The notes under the pieces: generated by a model
What the model saw: the letters and a program-made list of their open reading frames with translations, nothing else
The model's database searches: none
What the model was told of the DNA's origin: nothing
Assembly: GCF_004010195.1 (NCBI RefSeq)
Contig: NC_057719.1
Span: 3,393,536 to 3,428,670, forward strand
Source of the DNA: Chiloscyllium plagiosum
Taxonomy: Eukaryota
Direction: 5' to 3'
DNA length: 35,135 bases
In this document: positions 1 through 9,989 of the stretch, one piece after another
How the letters are laid out: each line of letters opens with the position of its first letter
How positions within the stretch are numbered: position 1 is the stretch's first letter
Made by a program: the position numbers and the translations under genes

Positions 1-272
1 GGAAAGATATAAAAGAGACCTAAGGGGCACCTTTTTCACGCAGAGGGTGGTATGTGTATGGAATTAGCTGCCAGAGGATGTGGTGGAGGCTGGTACAATT
101 GCAACATTTAAGAGGCATTTGGATGGGTATATGAATAGGAAGGGTTTGGAGGGATATGGGCCGGGTGCTGGCAGGTGGGACTAGATTGAGTTGGGATATC
201 TGGTCGGCATGGATGGGTTGGACTGAAGGGTCTGTTTCCGTGCTGTACATCTCCATGACTCTGTGACTCTAT
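1..272 (+). mobile_element. CR1 LINE 3' end (ORF2 C-terminus, 3' UTR and tail)
   Basis: FFTQRVV-type coding remnant (ttcacgcagagggtggta), GGACTGAAGGGTCTGTTTCC 3' motif and (ATGACTCT)-like repeated tail. Confidence 0.9.
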
Positions 273-352
273 AACACATGACTGCCTAGCAATAGTGCTT
301 ATTTTTCCCCAGCATCCATATCATGTGTGCGCGGGTACCCACCTGGTTATAT

Positions 353-479
353 TTTTAAAAGTTTTTCTTTATTAAACAGTACAGCTCACAAACAATTAGC
401 ATGAACAGCTGTATACAGAGAAACAACAATTTATACGGGACAGGAGTGGCAAAGCCAAGCCCTAGACCCCCCATCCCCC
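353..479 (-). mobile_element. 3' tail of a non-LTR retroelement, with AATAAA and A-rich end; homologous to 17390-17493
   Basis: Minus strand GGCTTTGCCACTCCTGTCCCGTATAAATTGTTGTTTCTCTGTATACAGCTGTT...CTGTACTGTTTAATAAA aligns with plus strand GGCTTTGCCACTCCTCTCCATTGTAAATTGGTGTTTCTCCATATACAGCTGTT...CTGTATTGTTTAATAAA near 17410-17485. Confidence 0.8.
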
Positions 480-536
480 CCAGGTTATATATCCGGTTTG
501 TTGCAGTGAACTTTGACACAGCACAATCCACACAAG

Positions 537-618
537 TGGCCGCAGAAGGGTTTGAACCCACTCCTTCTTTCAGACTGGAACCTGAAACCAATACCTTCCA
601 CCACTCACCAATGCTACC
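537..618 (-). pseudogene. tRNA-Leu-derived pseudogene or SINE head (82 nt, CAG at the anticodon position)
   Basis: GGTAGCATTGGTGAGTGGTGGAAGGTATTGGTTTCAGGTTCCAGTCTGAAAGAAGGAGTGGGTTCAAACCCTTCTGCGGCCA aligns without gaps to vertebrate tRNA-Leu(AAG/TAG) type (GGTAGCGTGGCCGAGCGG...GGTTCGAATCCCACCGCTGCCA). Mismatches in the acceptor, D and T stems argue against a functional tRNA. Confidence 0.85.
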
Positions 619-688
619 AGCCATCCCACCTGGTTGTATGTATTTTTTCCTGGTAACATTTTAAAAATGTTATTAAACAATACTCTAC

Positions 689-780
689 CTGGTTATATTG
701 GTCGACCAGGGCTTTCCTGATTGGCGGAGATTAACAATGACCTCATAGTTAACAAGTTCCACCTCGTCCCAATCGCTACT
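689..780 (-). mobile_element. 5' part of an LTR (CCAAT and TATA-like region), same family as 15589-17626
   Basis: Minus strand AGTAGCGATTGGGACGAGG...GCCAATCAGGAAAGCCCTGGTCGACCAATATAACCAGG aligns with TGTAGTGATCGGAACGAGG...GCCAATCAGGGAGCCCTGGCTGACAGAT at 15589-15688. Confidence 0.75.
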
Positions 781-1049
781 GGAACAAAACACATGTGGTG
801 GAATCGGGTTGCTGCAATACTGACAAAAGTGGTTGCCAAAAACAGATTTGATGGGCTATTAGAATCATTCTAAGGTGTGGAGCTAAATCATTTTGAGCTG
901 TTATAGCAGCCGAACAGGCATAGTCTTCTGTGCTGTGAGATTCCAACTCTTTACAAAATAGAGAGAGAGAGAGAGAGTGAGAATGAGGTCAGAATAAATG
1001 CAAAATCTTGCAAGCATGTCAAAGGTTAGATATGTGTGGAAATAGAAGT

Positions 1050-2395
1050 TGTCCAGTACCTGGAGATGGTACTGAGGGATAAAATCTATTTGTATTTGGA
1101 AAATAATAGGTGCATCAGTGATAGGCAACATGGTTTTGTACAGGGGAGATCGTGCCTTACCAACTTAATAGAGTTCTTTGAGGAAGTGACCAAGTTGTTA
1201 GATGAAGGAAGGGCTGTAGATGTCATATACATGGACTTTAGTAAGGTGTTTGATAAGGTTCCCCATGGTAGACTAATGGAGAAAGTAAAGTCACATGGTG
1301 TGCAGGGTGTTCTAGCTAGGTGGATAAAGAACTACTTGAGCAACAGGAGACAGAGAGTAGTAGTTGAAGGGAGTTTCTCGAAATGGAGAAAGGTGACCAG
1401 TGGTATTCCACAGGGGTCAGTGTTGGGGTCACTGTTGTTTGTAATATACATAAATGATCTGGAAGAGGGCACTGTTGGTATGATCAGCAAGTTTGCAGAT
1501 GACACAAAGATTGGTGGAGTAGCAGAAAGTATAAGGGGACTGTCAGAGAATACAGGAGGATATAAATAGACTGGAGAGTTGGGCGGAAAGTGGCAGATGG
1601 TTTTCAATCCAGACAAATGTGAGGTGATGCATTTTGGGAAGTCTAATTCTAGAGCCAACTATACTGTAAACAGGGGAGCCTTGGGAAAAGTTGATGAGCA
1701 GAGAGATTTGGGAGTGCAGGTCCATTGTACTCTATGGGTGGATAGAGTAGTCAAGAAGGCATTTGGTATGCTTGCCTTCATCGGACGGGGTATTGAGTAT
1801 AAGAGCTGGCATGTCATATTAAAATTGTACACGATGTTGGTTCAGGTGCATTTAGAATACTGTGTACAGTTCTGGTCGCCACATTACCAAAAGGATGTGG
1901 ACGCTGTGGAGAGGGTGCAGAGAAGGTTTAAGAGGATGTTGCCTGGTATGGAAGGTGCTAGCTATGAAGCGAGGTTGAGTAGGTTAGGATTGTTTTCATT
2001 AGAAAAAAGGAGATTGAGGGGGGACCTGATTGAAGTCTACAAAATTATGAAGGGTATAGACAGGGTGAATAGAGACAAGCTTTTTCCCAGGGTGAAGGAT
2101 TCAATAACGAGAGGTCACACTTTCAAGGTGAGAGGTGAAAAAGGATAAACGCGGCAAGTACTTCACACAGAGGGTGGTGGGTGTTTGGAATGCGTGGCCA
2201 GCAGAGGTGGTAGAGGCAGGCACGGTCGATTCATTTAAGATGCGTCTGGACAGATGCGTGAGTAGGTGGGGAGCAGAGGGATACAGATACTGAGGGATTG
2301 ACCAACAGGTTTAGACAGTGGATTTGGATCGGCTCAGGCTGGGGGCCGAAGGGCCTGTTCCTGAGCTGTAAATGTTCTTTGTTCTTTCTTCTTTG
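1050..2395 (+). mobile_element. 5'-truncated CR1 LINE with reverse transcriptase domain
   Basis: ORFs 1036-1569 and 1579-2148 contain [43 protein letters not shown] and HLEYCVQFWSP; 3' UTR ends in a TGTTCTT-type tail. Confidence 0.97.
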
Positions 2396-2629
2396 TCCAG
2401 GCGCAGGGGAAGGAAGATCATGAGTTACAGATGAAGTTAAGCTCACAGGCAGATCTACCCCAACCTTACAACAGCTACCTTGCAAGGACAAGACAGCAAG
2501 AAGGCCAGGAAGTATACTTTCAAATCTAATCGCTTACCGGGAAACATCTTCTGAAATATTTGAAAAGCTGCCCTCTCTTGGACAAATGCAAACCATAAAC
2601 CTATCATAAACACAAAGGTAGCTCAATGA

Positions 2630-2897
2630 CCAGGGACATAGATTTAAGGGAAGGGGCAGGCGTTTCGATGGGATGTGAGAAAAAGCTTTCTCACCCACAG
2701 GCTGGTCGGAATCTGAATCTCACGTAAGGGACGGAGGGGCAGAAGAAGGTTTGAGGTGTGCAATTGTGATTCCAAAGTATGCAAGGTGATGGGCCAAGGG
2801 TTGGAAGTGGGATTAGGTCAGGAACAGAGTCGCTTCTGAGCAGCACAGACTCAAAGGCTTGAAGAGGCGTTTTGTAGGTTCTTGACCTCTATGACCT
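2630..2897 (+). mobile_element. Degraded CR1 3' fragment
   Basis: GGGACATAGATTTAAGG...CTTTCTCACCCACAGGCTGGT pattern (RGH.FK...FF.QRVV) and TGACCTCTATGACC tail. Confidence 0.65.
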
Positions 2898-3061
2898 TTT
2901 CACTCTATGAACAGCTCCAGAATATAACTTCAGTCAGGTTTTGTGTGTCATGGTGTTATTGTTCATTCACGGGGATGTGGAGTCAGAGGTCAGCCCAGCT
3001 CTTACTGTTAATCCCACAGCTCCTTCAGGAGGTGGTGCTGAGCTGCCTTTATATTATAATT

Positions 3062-3250
3062 TCACACAGAATCCCTTTAGTATGGAAGCAAGCTGTTCGG
3101 CCCATTGAGTCCATACCAACCCTCTGAAGACCATTCTACTCAGACCCGTCCCCCCTACCCAATCCCTGTAACCCTGTATTTCCCATGGCTTACCCATCTA
3201 GCCTGCACATCCTGGACACTGCAGACAATTTAGCATGGTCAATCCACCAT
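3062..3250 (-). mobile_element. HE1-type SINE, 3' part
   Basis: Similar to the 3' half of the full copies at 4008-4350 and 10350-10670. Confidence 0.8.
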
Positions 3251-3254
3251 AACT

Positions 3255-3750
3255 TTCATCAGCAACGACCAATCAGCAACACTCCTCTTCACTAACTCGA
3301 CTTCTCAGCCTCCATTTGATATCAGGCTACAAACTTGATTCCAAGTCTACTAATTCTCAGTTATCTTGTCTGCTCTCCCACAGTACAGCCTGTCTGAATA
3401 CTATCTCATTGTCCCAGTTCATCTGTCCCTGGTCACATCTGTTCCCCTCCAGCCTCTGTATTCAATGGATTTCTTTCCATCGCCTGCAAATATGATTTTC
3501 CTTTCAGCATTCCAAAGGAATTAGTCACTCCATACACTCTGCTGCTCTCCCAAGTCACCCCCCCCAACAGCCTTCACACAGTATTGTTCCGACACAAAGG
3601 CAGAATGTGGTTGGAACAGTTGAAACTGCTAACTTGCTCTGTTACCTTCCCTCACCATGGCCTCACATAGTCTTTCCAGGTTAAACTGCAATAACCACTT
3701 CTTTCATTTCCGATGGAAGTTTGTGGTGTCTGAGCTGAGAAGGGATAGAT
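3255..3750 (+). mobile_element. Highly degraded Penelope-like element (RT thumb to GIY-YIG start)
   Basis: ccaagtctactaattctcagttatctt...gtcccagttc resembles the YKPTDSHSYL...SQF motif, and tctttccaggttaa resembles the FQV motif before the endonuclease. Confidence 0.45.
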
Positions 3751-3809
3751 TCTAGGCAACCATTCCTGAGCGTGATGACTCTATTTAACTTTCAGAGTGG
3801 CCTCACCAG

Positions 3810-3900
3810 TACAAACACAGGCAATGCCAGAGAAACTCAGCAGGTCTGGCAGTGCCTGTGGACAGAGAGAAACAGAGTTAGTTTCGAGTTTGAGACATGA
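3810..3900 (-). mobile_element. Penelope-type terminal fragment
   Basis: ctcagcaggtctggcag...agagaaacagagtt..tttcgag matches the arms of the element at 21647-21846. Confidence 0.7.
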
Positions 3901-4007
3901 TTCCATCAACTCCCCTGGGGAGATGAAGACTCTGAGGGTTTCCTGGGTGACCAGGGCAGACCTCACACTGACGGTGCCCACCACAAGCTGCCCAGAGTCA
4001 GGGGCAG

Positions 4008-4350
4008 TTTAGATTGGACTAGATTAGATTACTTACAGTATGGAAACTGGCCCTTCGGCCGAACTAGTCCACACCGAATCTCTGAAGAATAACCTGGCCA
4101 GGCCCAATCCTCAACCCTATATTTACCACTGACTAATGCACCTGACACTATGGGCAATTTCCCATGGCCAATTCACCCAACCTGCACATCTTTGGATTGT
4201 GAGAGGAAACCAGAGCAACCTGGAGGAAACCCACGCAGACACGGGGAGAATGTGGAAACGCCACACCGACAGTCACCCGAGGCTGGAATCGTACCGGGGA
4301 CCCTGACGCAGTGAGGCAGCAGTGCTAACCACTGAGCCACCGTGCCACCC
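4008..4350 (-). mobile_element. Full-length HE1-type tRNA-derived SINE
   Basis: Minus-strand head GGGTGGCACGGTGGCTCAGTGGTTAGCACTGCTGCCTCAC (A box), B-box-like motif, CR1-like 3' end and (AATCT)n tail. Confidence 0.93.
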
Positions 4351-5739
4351 ATTTGGCGGGTGGAAGAGCAGGTTTCATGGCTCCACCACACTAGGCCAAC
4401 GAAGGGGCAAATAAATGAAGCAGATATTGGTAAGATCGAACTGCATGCAATTTGGAGTCATTTCATCATCCATGGCAATGCTGAGGGCAGAATGGCCATG
4501 CTTAGGGTTCACAGGCAGGTCAGAGGCAATGTGTATCAGGCAGTTGGCCTTTGCACATTCACCGTCGGCATCTCAACGGCAATCTCAAACAAATGAGGTT
4601 TGTAGCAATGTATTAAAAAGAGGCCAGTGCAAGCCAAAGGTGACCCATAATGTGTGAGACAGCAACAGGGAACCTGTGGGAGATGGACAGAGTCACTTTG
4701 TCATCTTCCAGGCACGTTTCACGTTGGTCCGTTCTGAATGCAATGACAAGTTGAATGGTCAGTCTGGGAGCAAGATGTTGCCTCTAGTTGTCTTGGGTTT
4801 GTTTGTTTTTGCCGCTGTAAATAACAGCTCATGTTTGGAATGGCCCGATTTCTTGCCTGCCTGAGGTGACCCTGTACTGGGCAAAGAGAAGCTGTAGGTC
4901 TTCAGTGGACATTGGGGACAGAGGAGCGGTGACTTAGAGAGGGTGCTTAGACAGAATGTAGCTGAGGTCAGGTAAACAGTGCGGTCTGACTGTTAAATAA
5001 CTATGAGAGTAAGGGAACGGGAGCATACGTGTGATGCCAGCCATGAGCAGTGTAGCTGGACCATGACATTGCTGGTGACGGGCAATGCCAGATTGCCAAT
5101 ACTTATCCAAGATGGTGTCAGAATTGGGGTCCCCAGCCTGTCTGCTTCTCTTTACGTTCCTTCTCTTTATTCCCTCTTTTTTTCTCTCTCTCTTGCACTT
5201 ACCTCCTGTGAAGAGCTCAGTCATTACGAGGGCATTGAGGTAGCGACTGAGCACAGTGTGGCCTTGAGCAAGGCGAACGTGGACCTGTGGCAGAAGATTT
5301 GTTTAAGACGGTGGCAGAGCAGTTGGCAGAGGGGCAAACACAGAGCCTGGTATCAGCCGCAACAACTGCTATGTTAGCAAAGACAACGACAGCCAAGTAG
5401 GTCCAGTGGTGCAAGATGGGTGCCAGAGGATCGGCAGCTTCAACCTTGGTTGAGTCCGGCACTGGTTGGGGCAAAGCAGTGGCAGAAGAGGCATCACAGT
5501 GATGTCAGCGGAGAAGGTGGCACCTGCAGTCAGTGTGGGCTTCAGCTGCAGTGATATGGTAGGCCCAAATTTGTACTACTGAAATGGACTGTGATGCGGG
5601 GGCATTGGTGGGCCCAGAGCCCAATGTGGAGACTCCCCCACATCAATATTGACCGGAGCACAAGAAGAGAGGAAGACCAACTTATATCTAAGTCTTATAT
5701 CTTAATTTAAGTATTGTATCTTAATATCTACTGTAAGTC

Positions 5740-5811
5740 AAAATGGCGTTGGTATGTGGCAATGTATTATGTTTCTCACTGTGTTTATTTGTTAAATACA
5801 AGTGACAATAA
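5740..5811 (+). mobile_element. Probable LINE 3' end (Rex/Babar-like) preceding a microsatellite tail
   Basis: tctcactgtg...acaagtgacaataaa runs directly into the TCAY repeat. Confidence 0.4.
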
Positions 5812-5959
5812 ATCACTCACTCATTCATTCATTCACTCACTCACTCATTCCTTTCTTCATTCATTCATTCATTCATTTATTCATTCATGCATTCATTCAC
5901 TCACTCACTCATTCCTTCATTCAATGACTCACTCATTCCTTCATTCATTCATTCATTCA
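5812..5959 (+). repeat. Compound (TCAT/TCAC)n tetranucleotide microsatellite
   Basis: Directly visible tcactcactcattcattcattc... run of about 150 bp. Confidence 0.97.
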
Positions 5960-6284
5960 GTGGCCTTTTAAGGGATGGGAGCAGGTACAAGGGTTGCTGT
6001 TCCTGGGCAGGTCTCCAGCGAGTGGTGAGCTATTCCAGGAATGGCGTGCAGTAAAATGACAGTGGAATCAAATGAGAGAGGAGACATGTTGGTGGGGGGT
6101 TTGGTGAGATGAGGCAGGAAATCTCACTAGGTGGAGAAAAACACCCCAAAAAATGTTCATTGCAACTCAGACTTAGCCAAACTATGTAAAGTTCAGCTCT
6201 CTTCATCTGTTAGCTATCAATCCTCAAAACTCTGGTGAAGTATTGGAGTGTTATTGCAGTTGTGGGTACACCTAAAGGAAAGCA

Positions 6285-6390
6285 AATGGTTCAAGAGGTC
6301 AGCTCACTCCCATTTTGTCCAGTGTGTTCAGGGATGGGCAATATGTGCTGACCCAGCCAATGATGCCAAATCCCATCCATGAATAAAAAT
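6285..6390 (+). mobile_element. 3' tail of a CR1/L2-superclade LINE
   Basis: ggttcaag...gggatgggcaata..tgctg..ccagcca..gatgcc...atccc...tgaataaaaa is the reverse complement of the 6760-7045 pattern. Confidence 0.7.
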
Positions 6391-6759
6391 TTACATACTT
6401 ACTACTTTTCAGCTGCTCTAAAGAGGAATTGAAATCAACAAGATGTTATCTTTTGGCTCAAACAGCTTTCTTAATGTTACTGTTTGTGTCATCAAATAGA
6501 TGCCAACTAATAATTTTGTGATGAAGCAAGTGATCTCATTATTTTTGCTTCTGTCCACATGCTTCCTTGCCATGTTTCCATTCAGATTTCAATCTGCCAG
6601 AAACATTATTTTGTTCAGAGACTTCTTGTCTGAAATAGGCATGAATCGCATGTCAGAAACATGATCAAGGTCTGTGCAGGCTGGAACATTATCTGTTCAA
6701 AGATTGAAGCAATGCTGTATCTATTCGAAGATGAACAGTTTTAATTTAATGCAAAGTTC

Positions 6760-7045
6760 TTTTTTTGCTTCACACATGGGGTGTGGACATCATTAACAGC
6801 GCCCAGCATTTATTACCCATCCTTAGTTGCCCCTTGAGAAGGTGGGGGTGAGCTGCCTTCTTGAACCGCAGCAGTCCATGTGCTGTGGGTTGACCCACAA
6901 TGCCCTTAGGGAGGGAATTCCAGGATTTTGACCCAGTGACAGTGAAGGAAGGCGATATATTTCCAAGTCAGGATGGTGAGGGGCTTGGAGGGGAACTTGC
7001 AGGGGGTGGTATTCCCATGTATCTGCTGCCCTTGTCCTTCTAGAT
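6760..7045 (-). mobile_element. 3' end of a CR1/L2-superclade LINE
   Basis: Minus strand AGGACAAGGGCAGCAGATACATGGGAATACCACC...CTCACCATCCTGACTTGG matches the plus-strand copy at 9910-9988. Confidence 0.8.
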
Positions 7046-7389
7046 CGAAGGATCTTCGGTGAATTTCTATAGTTTTGAGAAATCAATGTGAAGGGTGAAT
7101 TTGCAAAAATAAGAATTAAGGGAAAGTGATGATTTCGCACTTTTCAGCTGTTACAACCATAATAAAATCACTGCTGATCTGTTTGTATTTTGAATTTCAC
7201 AATCCCATCTATCCTTTCGCTTCCTTCGCATAAATGAATCGATTTTCCTTAAAAATATACAATGAACTCATTCCACCAGCTCTTGGGGCAGTCTGTTGCC
7301 CAACAGTCTGTGAGTAAAATAACATTCCGCTCATTTCTGCTTTCAAAGGGTGGCCCCCTATTTTGAAACCTTAGTGTAGAAAGTCTAAG

Positions 7390-8200
7390 ATCCCCACAGG
7401 TGCCAGCACGGGCACGCAGGGTGGGTAAGGAGGAATACAGAATGCTTGTCTTCATTAGCCATGGCAGAGGCAACAGGAGCAAGGAAGTGTTGTTGCAATT
7501 TCATAAACTATCGGACAGGTTACAGATGGAATACTGTGTGCAAACCTGGTCACCAGACTATAGGAAGGACGTGATTGCACTGGAGACGGGGCAGAGGGGA
7601 TTCACCAGGACGTTGTGTGGAATGGAAAGCCTTAGTTATGAGGTTAGACTTAATAGGCTGGGTTTGTTTTCCCAGGATGTCGAAGGAGGGATCTGTTAGA
7701 TTAGATTAGATTCCCTACAGTGTCGAAACAGACCCTTCAGCACAACCAGTCCACACCAACCCTCCGAGGAGTAACCCACCCAGACCCATTTCCCTCTGAC
7801 TAATGCACCTAACACTATGGGCAATTTCCCATGGCCAATTCACCTGACCTGCACATCTTTAGGCTGTGAGAGGAAACCGGAGCACCCGGAGGAAACCCAC
7901 GCAGACACGGGGAGAATGTGCAAACTCCACACAGACAGTTTCCCGAGGCTGGAATCGAACCTGGGATCCTGGTGCTGTGAGGCAGCAGTGCTAACCACTG
8001 AGCCACTGTGCAGCCTGAGTGGGTAGTGGAGGCAGCTACTCTCACAACATTTTTCAAACATCCGGACGAGCATTTAAAACGTTAGTTCACTGTCTGCGAT
8101 CGCTCAGGTGCAGGAAAATGCAAGATGAGTGTAGTTTGGTGTTTGTTGGCAAGCGTAGACATGTGGGCTGAAGGGCCTGTTGCTATGCTGCATGACTTTA
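7390..8200 (+). mobile_element. Degraded CR1 fragment interrupted by an HE1 SINE
   Basis: ORF 7400-7699 MEYCVQTWSPDYRKDVIALE...SYEVRLNRLGLFS; 3' UTR resumes after about 8015 with GGGCTGAAGGGCCTGTT. Confidence 0.85.
7697..8015 (-). mobile_element. HE1-type SINE
   Basis: (TTAGA)n tail at left; core ggaaaccggagcacccggaggaaacccacgcagacacggggaga. Confidence 0.93.
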
Positions 8201-9014
8201 CGAGTGACCCCGGCTTCTGGACGAAACATCCTTTCCATGTCTATCTTGTCAAGTCTCTTCAGGATCTTCAGTCAATCTTCAATCAAATCACCCCTCACTC
8301 TTCCAAAGTGGAAGCTGTTCTCTACTATAATTGGCACACGTTGCATTGGGAGTGTGTCCCTTTATGAGGTGAGTCATGTGATATTGATGATGTTCAACGT
8401 TTTACAGAGTGCACGGCATGGGAATTCAATCCTCTCTATTGGGTTGCAACAAGTGACGAGTTTGTTCTTAATTCTGAATGGAGCTGAGTATCTGCCCAGT
8501 ACAGAGTAGAAGCAAACCCATTCTGCTCAACCCTCCTCAAAGGACAATTCCACTCACTCTCGGGATCAGTCTCAGAACCCACTGCTGAACAGTCCCCAAT
8601 ACATTTATATCCTTCCTTAAGCAAGAAGAACAAAATTGAACACAGTGTACAGGATGTATTCTCACTGGTGTCCTGTAACACCAAAGCTAAGCTGTGCTGG
8701 AAATTTACAATACACCTCACACCCAAAGAGAGAGAGGGCTGGAGGTGTTTACAGAGACTTGGGAGGACTGTACAGGTTTGAGGTTAGGACAGGGACCCGG
8801 AGGGAGTGAAGGCTCAAGGAGGCATGCCTGTCATTGTGTTGTCGAAGGATTTCAGATTATCAGCAGCCTGACATGTGGGAGGGGCTTACCGAGATCTCCT
8901 GGTTAGAAAACGAAATTGTAGGTAATGTCACTGGGAGCTAATGTCGGTGAAGGAGCAAACAGATGATTGGGGAAAGGAATTTTGTGCAGGTGAGGAGACA
9001 GGAAACAATATGAG

Positions 9015-9138
9015 AGAGTGAGGTCTGCAGATACTGGAGATCAGAGTCTAGAGTGTGGTGCTGGAAAAGCACAGCAGGTCAGGCAGGTCAGGAGCAGAAG
9101 GATCGATATTTCGGGCATAAGCTCTTCATCAGGAATGA
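9015..9138 (-). mobile_element. Penelope terminal fragment with degenerate hammerhead motif
   Basis: Minus strand TTCCTGATGAAGAGCTTATGCCCGAAATATCGA; same family as 35003-35135. Confidence 0.8.
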
Positions 9139-9139
9139 G

Positions 9140-9335
9140 AATCAGGAAGCTCAGGTATGAGATGAGCTCAGGCCTACAGTGGATGAGAGATGAGAAGCTG
9201 TTACAAGGGTCATCAGACTTGTCAAGAGCAGAGGTAACAAAAGCATGGGACGAGGGGCTAACATGGTTGGCACAGGGGGACGGGCAGACTGTATTACACA
9301 ATAGAGGTGTAGGTGATCTTGGCGATGGACAGGAT
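9140..9335 (-). mobile_element. Degraded L2 LINE fragment
   Basis: Minus ORF segment HAFVTSALDKS...PELI resembles L2 ORF2 HAFVTSRLDYSN...LELIQ. Confidence 0.6.
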
Positions 9336-9394
9336 GGGGTTACGAGTCTCTTTGGTGTTAGCACGGACCAGAAACCCAACTGGATCAGCTTTGT

Positions 9395-9988
9395 AAATCC
9401 AGTGGCTTCAAGAGCAGGTCGGAGACATCCTGTAACTCCCAACCTGATTCCCCAAAGCCTGTCCACCAGGCAAAAGTGAGGCCTGTAGATGCTGTAGATC
9501 AGAGTCGAGAGTGTCGTGCTGGAAAAGCACAGCAGGTCAGAGGGCATTCGAGGAGCAGGAGAATCAGGGCTCATGAAGGGTTTTTGCCCGAAGCATCGAT
9601 TTTCCTGCTCCTCGGATGCTGCCTGACCTGCTGTGCTTTTCCTGCACCACACTCTCATCCCCAAAGCCTGTCCACAAGGCACAAGTCAGGAGTGTGATGG
9701 AATACTCCCAATTCCATGGATGGGTGCAGCTCCAACAACACTCAAGAAGCTTGAAACCATACAGGACAAAGCAACCTGATTGATTGGCACCACATCCACA
9801 AACATCCATCCCCTTCACCAGCAGCATGTACTATCTACAAGATGCACTGCATGAATTCACCAAAGATCCTCAGACAGCATCATCCAAATCCATGGCTACT
9901 TCTTATCTAAAAGGGCAAGGGCAGCAGATACCTGGGAACACCACCTCCTGCAAGTTCCTCTCAGTGACCCTCACCATCCTGACTTGGT
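9395..9988 (+). mobile_element. CR1/L2-superclade LINE fragment, interrupted at about 9473-9657
   Basis: aaggcacaagtcaggagtgtgatggaatactcccca reads KAQVRSVMEYSP, followed by WMGAAPTTLKKLETIQDKA. Confidence 0.8.
9473..9657. mobile_element. Short palindromic Penelope-derived element with central degenerate hammerhead
   Basis: Inverted arms gagagtg..gtgctggaaaagcacagcaggtcag...gaggagcaggagaatc and gattttcctgctcctc...ctgacctgctgtgcttttcctgcaccacactctc around ctcatgaagggtttttgcccgaagcatc. Confidence 0.85.
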
Positions 9989-9989
9989 C

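Noticed and set aside
537..618. Functional tRNA-Leu(CAG) gene
   Set aside because: D, T and acceptor stems are mismatched, CpGs are decayed and no T-run terminator follows.
1036..2148. Domesticated or active reverse transcriptase gene
   Set aside because: It is 5'-truncated, has no endonuclease and is frameshifted; an ordinary dead CR1 copy.
4173..4391. Recurrent ORFs such as GTVAQWLALLPH and DCGRKPEHPEETHADTGR
   Set aside because: These are translations of non-coding HE1 SINE copies.
4350..5640. Assorted 60-124-aa ORFs in apparently unique DNA
   Set aside because: No recognisable domains and no consistent splice chain could be supported by eye.
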